A DNA stretch of 64,000 bases. Source: an uncultured Gemmatimonadales bacterium. GTDB lineage: Bacteria > Gemmatimonadota > Gemmatimonadetes > Gemmatimonadales > GWC2-71-9. Shown here piece after piece: positions 10,169 to 19,596 of this stretch. Where the stretch lies: assembly GCA_963846435.1 (NCBI GenBank), contig CAWJVX010000007.1:88817-152816 (forward strand). Direction: 5' to 3'. Within the stretch, counting starts at the first letter, position 1. Each line of letters starts with the position of its first letter. A model generated the notes under the pieces. That model saw nothing but the letters and a program-made list of their open reading frames with translations. It did not search any database and was not told where the DNA came from. The translations under genes were made by a program, and so were the position numbers.

Positions 10169-10332
10169 CAGCCACCATGAAACATGGTGGCTGATCAGAC
10201 GTCCTCTAACGTAGGAAGATCGGGGTAAGGGCGCAACGCGTGCGGTCCCTAGCCAGCCCCGGCCCGGCCGGTCATTTTTCCTGCCAGGCGTAACCCAGTC
10301 ACCCGCTCTCCAATCTCAAGCCCCACCGACCA

Positions 10333-11913
10333 TTGCCCGAACGCAAGCTGATCGCCCGCCAGGCACGAGAGACGCCCCCGGATCTCAGGAGCCGGGCGGG
10401 ACGGCGCAGCAGCCTGCCGGACGACATCCTGCAGCAGGTGTCGCGCCGGCTTCAGATCATGGCGCTCGTCGCCGCGGCGCTGTGGGTGCTCGGTCCGCTC
10501 TTCGGGCACCTCGCCCGCCACGCCGTAAGTCCCGAGGACCCTCACTGGGGCGGTATCCAATGGATCGATGCGGTCGCCGCGTTCGGGGCGCTGACCTCAC
10601 TCGCGCTTTATTTCTATCTGCGCAAGCGGCGCGACCCCGTCTTCGTGACCAACCTGTCCCTGATCTACCTGGTGGTCATGGCCTTTGCCCTCGGGGTGAT
10701 GATGCACGGGTGGCCGTTCTCGGGCGGGAGCATGGATGTGAGCCCGGTCATCACCTGGATTGGGCCGGTGATTCTCATGGCCGCGGCCATTGTTCCAGCC
10801 CCACCGGCGAAAATGCTGATCGCGGGGCTGCTGGCGGCGTCCATGGACCCACTGGGCATGCTGGTCTGGCGCCATTTCGGAGCCTACGAATTTGGGCCGC
10901 TCCACAACGTGTTGGTGATGCATTTTCCGACCTATCTGATGGTCGGCGTCGCGGTGGTCATCTCCCACGTGGTGACCCGCCTGGGGCAGCAGGTGGCCCG
11001 TGAGCGAGAGCTGGGCAGCTACCGACTGGGTGAGTTGCTGGGGCAGGGCGGAATGGGCGAGGTCTACCGGGCCGCGCACCGTATGCTGGCCCGTCCGGCG
11101 GCGATCAAGCTCATCCGCCCGGAGGTGCTGGCGGCGGGGAACGGAGAGGCCGCCAAGGTGGCCATCACCCGGTTCCGCCGCGAGGCCGACGCAGCGGCCC
11201 ACCTCCGATCACCCCACACGGTAGCGCTGTACGACTTCGGCGTGACCGAGGACGAGACCCTCTATTTCGTGATGGAGCTGCTGGACGGGATGGATCTGGA
11301 GACGCTGGTCCGGGAACAGGGCCCCGTGCCGGCAAACCGGGTGATCCACATCCTGCGACAGGTGTGCGAGTCCCTGGAGGAGGCTCATGCCTCCGGCATG
11401 GTGCATCGAGACATCAAGCCTGCCAACATACACCTGGGCCGGGTGGGGATGCGCCACGACTTCGTGAAGGTGCTGGACTTCGGCTTGGTCAAATCGGTAA
11501 CCAGCCCGAGCAACGGGGACTCGCTGGCCACCGCCGCGGGACTCACGCCGGGCACACCGGCCTACATGGCGCCGGAGATGGCGTCCGGCGAGGCTGTGGA
11601 TGGGCGGGCCGATCTCTACGGTCTGGGCTGCGTCGCCTATTACCTCCTCACCGGCCAGCTCGTCTTCCAGGCCTCGAACACCTTGCAGATGCTCGCCAAG
11701 CACCTGCAGGAGCGCCCGGTGCCGCCTTCCGAACGAACCGAGCTGGTAGTCCCTGCGGCGCTGGATCAGGTGGTGCTCGCCTGTCTGGCGAAGAAGCCGG
11801 GAAACCGGCCCGCCAGTGCAACCGAGCTGGACCGGATGCTGGCGGCCGTCGAGATCGAGCCCTGGACCGAGGAGATGGCCGAGCGATGGTGGAGTCTGCA
11901 CCGGCCGGGGTAG
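10333..11913 (+). CDS. Ser/Thr protein kinase with N-terminal multi-TM domain (paralogue of 19597..21207)
   Basis: About 220 aa of hydrophobic helices, then LGQGGMGEVY, AIKLI, HRDIKPANI, DFGLVK, GTPAYMAPE. The exact start is uncertain: the track start is an alternative codon, and an ATG is available at 10459. Confidence 0.85.
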   Translation: MPERKLIARQARETPPDLRSRAGRRSSLPDDILQQVSRRLQIMALVAAALWVLGPLFGHLARHAVSPEDPHWGGIQWIDAVAAFGALTSLALYFYLRKRRDPVFVTNLSLIYLVVMAFALGVMMHGWPFSGGSMDVSPVITWIGPVILMAAAIVPAPPAKMLIAGLLAASMDPLGMLVWRHFGAYEFGPLHNVLVMHFPTYLMVGVAVVISHVVTRLGQQVARERELGSYRLGELLGQGGMGEVYRAAHRMLARPAAIKLIRPEVLAAGNGEAAKVAITRFRREADAAAHLRSPHTVALYDFGVTEDETLYFVMELLDGMDLETLVREQGPVPANRVIHILRQVCESLEEAHASGMVHRDIKPANIHLGRVGMRHDFVKVLDFGLVKSVTSPSNGDSLATAAGLTPGTPAYMAPEMASGEAVDGRADLYGLGCVAYYLLTGQLVFQASNTLQMLAKHLQERPVPPSERTELVVPAALDQVVLACLAKKPGNRPASATELDRMLAAVEIEPWTEEMAERWWSLHRPG

Positions 11914-11934
11914 AGATCGTGCCGGAGAAACCAG

Positions 11935-12735
11935 CTAGCGCGCGGCTCGACGCTGGGTGAAGAGCCAGTCCCACAGCATCGGGTCGGAGAACGCCCGGTC
12001 CCAGGAGTTGTGCCCCATACCCGGATACTCGGTGTAGTAGACCGGCGAGCCCGCCTGGTTGAACGCCGCATGCAGCCGGCGCGATTCGGTGACGGGAACT
12101 ACGGAGTCGGCGGCCCCATGAAACAGCCACGCTGGGGTGCCGGCGAGTCGCCGCACCACGCTGAGGTACGAATCCGCATCATTTCCCGCCACGCCGGGCC
12201 GTTGGTAGTGCGCCGGAGGCAATCCGCCACATACCGAAATGACGGCCGCAAACATGGCCGGCCGCAGCAACGCCAGCGTCCAGACCCCATACCCACCCAT
12301 CGAGAGTCCCGCCAGATAGAGCCGGCTGCGGTCGCCATGAAACTCCCGGATTGATTGCTCCAGCGCAGCCAGCGCCCCCTCGGCCACGGAGCCACGCCAG
12401 ATGCTGTCGGTTGGGGCCTGGGGCAGGACCACGATGGCGGGAAACCGCCGGGGATTCTCTCGGATGGCTTTTCCGAGCCCGACCTCCGTCTGCCGCAAGC
12501 CGTCGGTTCCCCGCTCGCCGGCGCCGTGCAGAAACAGAATGACCGGCCACTCCTTCGCGGGGTTGTATTCGTAGGGGAGGTACACCTGATACCGCGCCGG
12601 TTTCCCGCCGACCTCAACTGTGCGATTGAGAAACCCGGTCTCCTGCTGCGCCGCCAATGGGATGACGGCAAGGACGAGCGCCAGGGCAACCATCGCCGGC
12701 GGAATCCAGGTAATCGCCAGGGTACGCGTCACCAC
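11935..12735 (-). CDS. secreted alpha/beta hydrolase (esterase / PHB-depolymerase-like)
   Basis: Signal-like N-terminus. PVILFLHGAGERGTDG and nucleophile elbow GLSMGGYG. C-terminal HNSWD. Confidence 0.8.
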   Translation of the reverse strand: MVTRTLAITWIPPAMVALALVLAVIPLAAQQETGFLNRTVEVGGKPARYQVYLPYEYNPAKEWPVILFLHGAGERGTDGLRQTEVGLGKAIRENPRRFPAIVVLPQAPTDSIWRGSVAEGALAALEQSIREFHGDRSRLYLAGLSMGGYGVWTLALLRPAMFAAVISVCGGLPPAHYQRPGVAGNDADSYLSVVRRLAGTPAWLFHGAADSVVPVTESRRLHAAFNQAGSPVYYTEYPGMGHNSWDRAFSDPMLWDWLFTQRRAAR

Positions 12736-13523
12736 ACCGGCGCGCCGGATTCCTCGGCCGGCTGAGCCAACCGCCAGCCGGTGAACAGCACCGCGAGGGC
12801 CAGAGTCACCAGCACCAGCTCACCGATCAGCGGGCTCAGGTGGAGGGCAAGCACCAGGATCGCCGCCACCGCGTTGACCGCCGAGTGCAGCGCGATAGCC
12901 AGTACCAGCCATCGCAGGCCGCCGCGCCGCCATACCTGGAGCACGATCAGCGAGAGGCCGACGTGTGCCGCCATCGCGCTGGCGCGCTCCAGGGCCGCGA
13001 GCAGCACCTTCCAGGTTTCGAGCGCGGCGGTCTGCTGGCGTACCGCCTCGAGCGCCCGCCCCGAGGGTAGCATCCCGCGCGTTGCCATCACCCAGGCCAC
13101 CAGGAGCCCGGCAAGCGGAAGCCCGGCCAGCAAGATGGCTTCGAGGGCCCCATGGCCTAGGCCGAACATCACCCCGATCCGCGGGCTCCGCTCCCTGCGC
13201 AGCAGATAGCGGTAGCCTGCCCAGCGTCCGCTTTCCTCGAACAGGCCCGCGGTCAGTGACGAGATGAGCAGAAAGGAGATCAGCCACTTCGGGTGCTCCT
13301 GCACCCAGCGGCCCAACGGGATCTGCCAGGGAAGCCGGAGGATCACCTGGGAGACGAAGAAGACCAGCGCGCCCGCCCCGAACGCTGCCAGGGGTGCCGC
13401 CGTCCGGCGGTGCCACCAGAGCCCGGCCAGGATGGGCCCGACCAGGCAGATCGCCGCGGCCACCGCCAGGCCGGTGGCGACGGCAGGGTCGAACGGAACC
13501 GCGGACTCAGCGGCCTGCATCAA
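12729..13523 (-). CDS. YhfC-type intramembrane metalloprotease family membrane protein
   Basis: Seven or so TM helices, with FEESGRW, GLGHGALEAILL and HSAVNAVA motifs. Confidence 0.72.
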   Translation of the reverse strand: MMQAAESAVPFDPAVATGLAVAAAICLVGPILAGLWWHRRTAAPLAAFGAGALVFFVSQVILRLPWQIPLGRWVQEHPKWLISFLLISSLTAGLFEESGRWAGYRYLLRRERSPRIGVMFGLGHGALEAILLAGLPLAGLLVAWVMATRGMLPSGRALEAVRQQTAALETWKVLLAALERASAMAAHVGLSLIVLQVWRRGGLRWLVLAIALHSAVNAVAAILVLALHLSPLIGELVLVTLALAVLFTGWRLAQPAEESGAPVW

Positions 13524-13849
13524 CGCGGCGATAGTCGGCTCTCACGATGGTAGAGGAACAGCGGAAGCGTCCCGGCCAGGCCGAAGGCCAGCGTCAGCAG
13601 CCAGTAGACCAGGATCCGGCGCATGCCGAGGCGGCGCCCTTCGGAGTAGAACCAGATGCACGCCACCAGGGCTGCAAACAGCAGATCGACCGCAAAGGCG
13701 GTCGCGATCGGATTGGCGAACATCCCCGCCATGGTCTCCAGCGGCTTGGTCCAGAGTAGCAGGTTCCCGGTTCGCACCGACACCAGGACGACGAACCAGT
13801 TGGAGGCGAGGTACCCGATGACGGTGAGGACAAGATAGAGTCGCTTCAT
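13520..13849 (-). CDS. small membrane protein (DUF2834-like)
   Basis: MKRLYLVLTVIGYLASNWFVVLVS...LLFAALVACIWFYSEG...WLLTLAFGLAGTLPLFLY. Strong GGAGGAGG upstream of ATG 13849. The stop overlaps the next start. Confidence 0.7.
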   Translation of the reverse strand: MKRLYLVLTVIGYLASNWFVVLVSVRTGNLLLWTKPLETMAGMFANPIATAFAVDLLFAALVACIWFYSEGRRLGMRRILVYWLLTLAFGLAGTLPLFLYHRESRLSPR

Positions 13850-14025
13850 TGCCTCCTCCTCCCGGGGAGCCTGTTGCTGCCCAGGATCATGGAATGGGTT
13901 TCTGAGCCAAGTCGCAAGGCGCAAGTCGCGGAGTCATTGCGCGCGGCGTTGCAAAAGCGCGGCAGAAGTGAGCAACTCTGCCGCAGGGGGAGGTGGGGGT
14001 GATAACGGTCGCTGTACCTGGGATC

Positions 14026-14619
14026 TCATGAGCCGGCCTCCCGTGCCCGCTGCTCGGTGTCGGCATCCAGGATGGCCCGGACGGCGGCGATCAGCGGCTC
14101 ATCGGCGGTATGGCTCCGTCCGTACTCCAGGTTGAATCGGTAGTCGAAGGCAGGCGGGTTCTTGCCCTGGGTGTGCTGCATGATGGTCTCGAGCTTGTCC
14201 AGCGCCTTGGCCAGCTTGGCTTCCGAAGACTCGGCGGCCTCATACTCGTCCCACAGCGCCAGGATTTCCGCCTTGAGTGCGGGGGGGAGTGGTTTCAGCA
14301 GCGTCAGCAGGTCACGCCGCTCCTGCTCGCCCTTGCCGGTGGCGAGTCCCGCGGCCTTCCGCCGCGCCTGCTCGGGTGCGGGCACGTCGCCGCCCACGGC
14401 CTCACCCAGGTCGTGCACCAGGCAAATCTTCACCAGCTTGGCAAAATCCACGGCGGGGAACTCGGGCGCGAGCACCAGCGCCATCAGGCAGAGGCGCCAG
14501 GTGTGCTCCGCCACGCTCTCGCGCTCACCGTCCGAGGTGTAGGCGCTCCGGTGGGTGGCCTTCAAACGCTCGGATGCACGAAGGAAGTCGAGGACGCCCG
14601 CCAGATCGGTGGGGTGCAT
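14026..14619 (-). CDS. HD domain phosphohydrolase (YfbR-like 5'-nucleotidase family)
   Basis: ESVAEHTWRLCLMALVL...LVHDLGEAVGGDVPA. Confidence 0.8.
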   Translation of the reverse strand: MHPTDLAGVLDFLRASERLKATHRSAYTSDGERESVAEHTWRLCLMALVLAPEFPAVDFAKLVKICLVHDLGEAVGGDVPAPEQARRKAAGLATGKGEQERRDLLTLLKPLPPALKAEILALWDEYEAAESSEAKLAKALDKLETIMQHTQGKNPPAFDYRFNLEYGRSHTADEPLIAAVRAILDADTEQRAREAGS

Positions 14620-14655
14620 GCCCGAAGAATCTAGTCGGTAGGACTGGCACTCGGA

Positions 14656-15102
14656 TCAGGTATCCCGCAGCACGATCAGCACTGCTTCCACCGTGGCAAC
14701 CACCCTCTCCTCCGACGATATCTGCACCCGGCCGAAGTTGAGGTGGCGCTTGCGCCGGACCTCTCCTTTCAGGAGAAGGGTGGGCGCCCATTGAGTCACT
14801 GGGTGGTGGAACTCCGCACCGGTGCGTACCAGGCGCGGGCGCCCCCGCTGGCCCTGGCCCCACGCCCACAGCGCCACCAGCTGGCCCGCGGCCTCGATCA
14901 TGAGGGTCCCGGGAAAAATCGGATCAGCAGGGAAGTGCTGCCGCCAGACCCAGTGATCGGGCCCGAGCTCCACTTCTCCCTCGATCCCCACTTCATCGAG
15001 AGCGGTCACCCGGGTGATCTGTCGCATCTGCTCCACTGGAAGAAATGTGGAGTCGAGATCGATCAGGCTGGCGGAACCGGAGGCGGTCGGGGCGTGGGGC
15101 AT
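14656..15102 (-). CDS. FabA/FabZ-like hotdog-fold dehydratase
   Basis: HWVWRQHFPADPIFPGTLMIEAAGQLVALWAW resembles the FabZ HFP..PI.PG..EA..Q motif. Confidence 0.7.
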   Translation of the reverse strand: MPHAPTASGSASLIDLDSTFLPVEQMRQITRVTALDEVGIEGEVELGPDHWVWRQHFPADPIFPGTLMIEAAGQLVALWAWGQGQRGRPRLVRTGAEFHHPVTQWAPTLLLKGEVRRKRHLNFGRVQISSEERVVATVEAVLIVLRDT

Positions 15103-15475
15103 CGAATGCTCCTGGAGGCGGGGACTGGGTGCAGTCGGTCATTACCTGACTACGCACCGATGCCCGCTTTGGATCTGGGAAAGCTCCGGGTCCGGGGTCG
15201 AGAGAGATCCAAAATCAGATCGGCGGCGTATCAGGCCTAAGCGGCACTCTGTCACTCCGCTCTCGCAGCGAGTCGAGCGTGGTTTTCGTCGCTCCTACGG
15301 TGACTTCGCTCACCGACGCCGCCTCGCTGGGGCCATTTATTGCCGGACGGTTCTCGCAGTCTCCCACTCGGGTTGATCGCGGTTCCCTTTCATCTACTCC
15401 GGTCCTGCTCTGCCCGCGTGCCCGGGCACCTCACCAGGTGCCGGTGGGCAGGACCTCAGCCCATTGGAGGCAACA

Positions 15476-16615
15476 ATGCACTCACCGAAGGGTCGGTATG
15501 GGTCCGTGGCGACCGCTCTTCTGTTTGCCGCGTCGGCGTGCTCTCCCCGTAGTGGCGAGCGCGCGGACAGCGGCCAAATAGATACCGCAGCATCGAAAGC
15601 GACGATCGGCGCAGCGGCAGGGGCCCGCGCTACCCCAGCCACACCGAACCAGCAGATGCAGGCCGTTCTGACCCAGCTCGATGCATTGCATCCCAAGCCT
15701 ATCGTCCAGCTTTCTGTGGCTGAGGCCCGGAATCAGCCCAGCCCGGCGGATGCGGTGAAGGCCCTGCTCGAGGAACAGGGCAAGAGCACTACCCCGGAGC
15801 CGGTGGGCAACGTGACCAACCGGACGATTCCCGGTGCTGGAGGCCCGATCCCAATCCGGATCTACACACCCAAGGGAGCCGGTCCGTTCCCGGTGGTGGT
15901 GTACTACCATGGTGGTGGCTGGGTCATTGCGGATCTCGATACCTATGACGCGTCCCCGCGCGCCCTGGCCAATCTCGCCAATGCCGTCATCGTATCCGCG
16001 CACTACCGCCAGGGGCCCGAGCACAAGTTTCCTGCCGCGCACCAGGATGCCTTCGCAGCGTACCGCTGGGTGCTGGCAAATGCCAGATCTCTAAAGGGAA
16101 ATCCGTCGAAGGTGGCCGTCGTCGGTGAGAGCGCTGGCGGCAACCTCGCCGCCGCCGTGTCGATGATGGCGCGGGACAGTGGTGCCCAGCTGCCGGTTCA
16201 CCAGGTCCTGGTGTACCCCATTGCCGGCTATGACGTGAACACCCCCTCCTATCTCGAGAACGCCGAAGCAAAGCCGCTCAACAAGCCGATGATGCAGTGG
16301 TTTTTCCAGCAGTACCTGCGCAGTCCGGCTGACGGTAAGAACCCGCTGATCGATCTGGTGCACGCCAACATGAAGGGACTTCCGGCGACGACGGTGATCG
16401 CGGCCCAGATCGACCCACTTCGCTCCGAGGGCAAGGCTCTGGCTGACCGGCTCAAGGATGCGGGCGTCGAGGTGGACTACAAGAACTACGAGGGCTCAGC
16501 CCACGAGTTCTTCGGCATGGGCGCGGTCCTGGACGATGCCAAGGCGGCGCAGCAGCAAGCCGCTACGGGGCTGCAAGAGAGCTTCGCCGCCACCAGAACA
16601 GCCTCGGCCCAGTGA
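15476..16615 (+). CDS. secreted alpha/beta hydrolase, hormone-sensitive-lipase-type esterase
   Basis: HGGGW oxyanion motif (VVYYHGGGWVIADL), GESAGGNLA nucleophile elbow, DPLRSEG...H. GGAGG upstream of ATG 15476. Confidence 0.85.
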   Translation: MHSPKGRYGSVATALLFAASACSPRSGERADSGQIDTAASKATIGAAAGARATPATPNQQMQAVLTQLDALHPKPIVQLSVAEARNQPSPADAVKALLEEQGKSTTPEPVGNVTNRTIPGAGGPIPIRIYTPKGAGPFPVVVYYHGGGWVIADLDTYDASPRALANLANAVIVSAHYRQGPEHKFPAAHQDAFAAYRWVLANARSLKGNPSKVAVVGESAGGNLAAAVSMMARDSGAQLPVHQVLVYPIAGYDVNTPSYLENAEAKPLNKPMMQWFFQQYLRSPADGKNPLIDLVHANMKGLPATTVIAAQIDPLRSEGKALADRLKDAGVEVDYKNYEGSAHEFFGMGAVLDDAKAAQQQAATGLQESFAATRTASAQ

Positions 16616-16735
16616 CGGACGGCGGAGATCCATTCACGCCGGTGGATCGTAACTGAGAGGGCCGTGCGCGCGCGTTCAGCGCAGAGGAGCAAGCGCAGGG
16701 GATGGTTTCCATAACTCAGGGTAAGGAGTCGGCAG

Positions 16736-17464
16736 ATGCGAACGAGGTTACCGCAGGGGGAGGGAGAGCTCCATTTCCTGGACCGCCTGGCACGCTCGAC
16801 CAATCGAAGGACATTCTTGCAGTGGTCCGGCCTCACCATTGGGGTCGTAGCGCTCGGCTGTAGCGATGACAACGGCTCGGGCCCCGGTGGAGACGGCGAC
16901 GTAAATCTGGGAACCGGCGACACCGGCGTCCTGAATTACGCCTATGCCCTGGAGCAGCTCGAAGCCGCCTTCTATACCCAGGTGGTCGCGGGGGCCTACT
17001 TCAGCGGAGCGCCGGCCAACGAGCAGGAGATCCTGACCGACATCAAGAACCACGAAGTCATCCACCGCGACTTCCTGAAGGCCGCGCTCGGCAGCAACGC
17101 CATCACGAACCTGACGGTAGACTTCACCACCATCAACTTCGCCGATCGCGCCAGCGTGCTCGGCGCGGCGAAGACCTTCGAGGACCTGGGAGTCTCCGCC
17201 TACAATGGGGCCGGCCAGCTTCTCACCGACGCGGCCAACCTCCTCGTCGCCGGCAAGATTGTCTCGGTCGAGGCCCGCCACGCGGCGGCGATCCGGGACC
17301 TGCTGGTTCCCCGGTCCAGCTCGAGTGGCTCGTTTGCCGGGGACGACGTGGTCGATGTCGCGACTGGACTGGAGTACCCCGCGCGGACGCCCACCGAGGT
17401 TCTGACCGCGGCCGATACTTACGTCACGACCACCATCACCGCGTCGGGTCTGCCGACCAGCTAA
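16736..17464 (+). CDS. Tat-exported ferritin-like domain protein
   Basis: Twin-arginine RRTFLQWSGLTIG. LNYAYALEQLEAAFY...HEVIHRDFL...SVEARHAA, a ferritin-like four-helix pattern. Confidence 0.75.
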   Translation: MRTRLPQGEGELHFLDRLARSTNRRTFLQWSGLTIGVVALGCSDDNGSGPGGDGDVNLGTGDTGVLNYAYALEQLEAAFYTQVVAGAYFSGAPANEQEILTDIKNHEVIHRDFLKAALGSNAITNLTVDFTTINFADRASVLGAAKTFEDLGVSAYNGAGQLLTDAANLLVAGKIVSVEARHAAAIRDLLVPRSSSSGSFAGDDVVDVATGLEYPARTPTEVLTAADTYVTTTITASGLPTS

Positions 17465-17477
17465 GGAGCCGGGAACG

Positions 17478-18232
17478 ATGAAAGTCACCACCATTCTTGA
17501 AGGTCTGGATCCCGAGCTCATGAACCGGGTCGTGTCCCGGCGCGGCGCCGTGAATAGGACGCTGGGCAAAATGGCCGGGGCACTTGCCCTCGCCTCGATG
17601 CCGGTGGCGTTCGGTCTCCTGGCCAAGCGCGCTTTTGCGCAGGGAGAGGCCTGCCCCAGGGCATCATCGATGTGCTGAACTTCGCGCTGACCCTGGAGTA
17701 TCTGGAAGACGAGTTCTACCAGTTGGGGGTCGCTGCCGGCGGGCTGATTCCGGAGGGAGATCTGCCGGTCTTCCAACAGATCAGCAAGCACGAGACCGCG
17801 CACGTAGCGCTGCTCGAAGGCGTCCTTGGCGCCAATGCGGTGGACAAACCGACCTTCGACTTCACCGCCGGAGGCGCGTTCGATCCGTTCAACGACTACC
17901 CCACCTTCCAGGCGCTTTCCCAGGGGTTCGAGGACACCGGAGTTCGAGCCTACAAGGGCCAGGCCGCGGCGCTCATGTCGGACAACACCATCCTCACGAC
18001 GGCGCTCCGCATCCACTCCGTCGAAGCCCGGCATGCATCCGAAGTACGCCGGCTGCGGGGGCAGAAGGGGTGGATCACCGGAAATCAGACCGATGTTCCG
18101 GCATTGCAGGCGGTTTACGATGGGGAGCAAACAGCCAACGGGACGGCCACCAGCGCTGAAGCCGCAGAGGCATTCGACGAGCCGCTGACCATGGATCAGG
18201 TCAACGCGATTGCAGGGCTCTTTATAGCCTGA
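17478..18232 (+). pseudogene. second Tat-type ferritin-like domain protein, one frame break near 17645
   Basis: The N-terminal 17478..17678 ORF (RRGAVNRTLGKMAGALALASMPVAFG) and the 17672..18232 ORF (LNFALTLEYLEDEFY...HETAHVALL...SVEARHASEVR) belong together. gcgcagggagaggcctgccccagggcatcatcgatgtgctgaac needs one extra base to read AQGE.GLPQGIIDVLNF. Confidence 0.72.
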
Positions 18233-18245
18233 CGCAAGTCCGGGT

Positions 18246-18314
18246 GAGGAAGTCGAGGTACAAGGCGTCTAGGCAGTCTTAACTAGACCCTTTGACCTCG
18301 ACTTTTTTTACCTC
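18246..18314. terminator. hairpin (AGTCGAGGT / ACCTCGACT) followed by a T7 run, between convergent genes
   Basis: gaggaagtcgaggtacaagg ... cctttgacctcgactttttttacctc, read directly. Confidence 0.55.
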
Positions 18315-18344
18315 GTGCCACTCCTGTGCGGCGGCACAGTGCCT

Positions 18345-18845
18345 TCATTTCCGGCGCTCGAGATCCGCGACACGATCCTGAAGCGCAGAGGCGCGGCGTG
18401 CTTGGACGGCGGCGTAGATGCCGACCGCGATGAGTATAGCCAAAAGGGCGCCAGAGGCTAGCCACCCAAAGTCCAGCGGCCGATGGACCGAGTGATGCAC
18501 CAGCAGCACACTCGCCAGGCCAGCGGCAACCATCCATCCGCTCCACCGGTATATCAGGGTGGTGGCCTGCCTGGGGGAAGCGATGACTGCCCGCCGATCT
18601 CCCCATGCCTTGCCCAGGAGCCGGGTACGCAGGACGGCGCTCCGATCGGGATCGAGCTGACCGGCCACTGGCAACCGGAGCGATAGCGCAGCGGTCACCT
18701 GCCGGTATTCCTCCAGCAGCTGCGCGCAGTCGGCACAGGTACGGGCGTGCAGCAGGACCCGCTGGAGCTCGGTGTCGTCGAGGATCTCGAGCGCGGCTGC
18801 CGGCAACAGATCCTCCATCTCTTCGTGCTGCCGCCCCTGATTCAT
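18345..18845 (-). CDS. anti-sigma factor (zf-HC2 type, single TM)
   Basis: HARTCADCAQLLEEY zinc-finger-like motif. TM WSGWMVAAGLASVLLV. The start overlaps the upstream sigma gene stop by 4 nt. Confidence 0.7.
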   Translation of the reverse strand: MNQGRQHEEMEDLLPAAALEILDDTELQRVLLHARTCADCAQLLEEYRQVTAALSLRLPVAGQLDPDRSAVLRTRLLGKAWGDRRAVIASPRQATTLIYRWSGWMVAAGLASVLLVHHSVHRPLDFGWLASGALLAILIAVGIYAAVQARRASALQDRVADLERRK

Positions 18846-19432
18846 GGGCCCTCCTCACGCAGGTATGCCAGCCGCTGCCGAAGCTTCTGCATCGCCAGCC
18901 TGATGCGGGTCTTCACCGTGCCCAGCGGCTCGGACACTTGCTCTGCAATCTCGGAATGGGACAGCCCGCTGAAGAAGGCCATTTCAACTACCCGGCGCTG
19001 CTCGGCAGGGAGCCCGTCCAGGGCCGCCGCCAGCGCCGCCTGGCGCTCGGTCCTTTCCGAGTACGCATCGGGTACCTCCGCAGTGACGGCGGTGGTCGTT
19101 TCCAGCAGCACCGCCATGTTCCCCGGCGCGGCGGTCCAGTCGGCCCACCGCCGATGTGCGCGCAGCCGGTCGAGGGCGCGGCTTCGGGCAATCATCATGA
19201 GCCAGGTAGACCCGGTTCCGCGCCTGGGGTCGAATCGGCGGGCGGTACGCCACGCCTGCCAGAAGGTGTCCTCAACGACATCCGCGGCCTCGTCCGGGTC
19301 CTTCAAAATCCAAAGGGCGACCGTGTGGACGCGCTCGGCCCAGCCGTCATACAGCGCGGCCAGCGCGGACGCGTCTCCGTCCGCCATTCGGCGGAGCAGC
19401 GCTCGATCGTGCTCTTCAGGCACCCGGGTCAT
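18842..19432 (-). CDS. ECF-type RNA polymerase sigma-70 factor
   Basis: Region 2 DVVEDTFWQAW. Region 4 LSHSEIAEQVSEPLGTVKTRIRLAMQKLR. Confidence 0.9.
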   Translation of the reverse strand: MTRVPEEHDRALLRRMADGDASALAALYDGWAERVHTVALWILKDPDEAADVVEDTFWQAWRTARRFDPRRGTGSTWLMMIARSRALDRLRAHRRWADWTAAPGNMAVLLETTTAVTAEVPDAYSERTERQAALAAALDGLPAEQRRVVEMAFFSGLSHSEIAEQVSEPLGTVKTRIRLAMQKLRQRLAYLREEGP

Positions 19433-19596
19433 CCACTATGCTATACGGCCAGATCCCAAAAGTGGATTGCTGAAAGGAGAGCCGTGGGGGCCTGCTTCCT
19501 GGCTTCCTGACCGGTCAAGGACAGCGTCGAGAGGGGCGGTAGGCGTCCGATCTGGCGGCCAACGAGGCCCATCCTTACCCTTTCGGTACCAACCCT

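Noticed and set aside
15240-15320. gtcactccgctctcgcagcgagtcgagcg ... ggtgacttcgctcaccgac as a diverged third copy of the GTCATCCTGAG palindromic element.
   Set aside because: It has only a loose resemblance in style, the arms do not pair well, and there is no GIY-YIG remnant. The evidence is insufficient.
19442-19469. Possible autoregulated ECF promoter (CAATCC-N16-CGTATA on the minus strand) just upstream of the sigma gene at 19432.
   Set aside because: The match to ECF -35/-10 consensus is weak, and the -10 element would lie only about 10 nt from the start codon. It is not supportable without comparative data.
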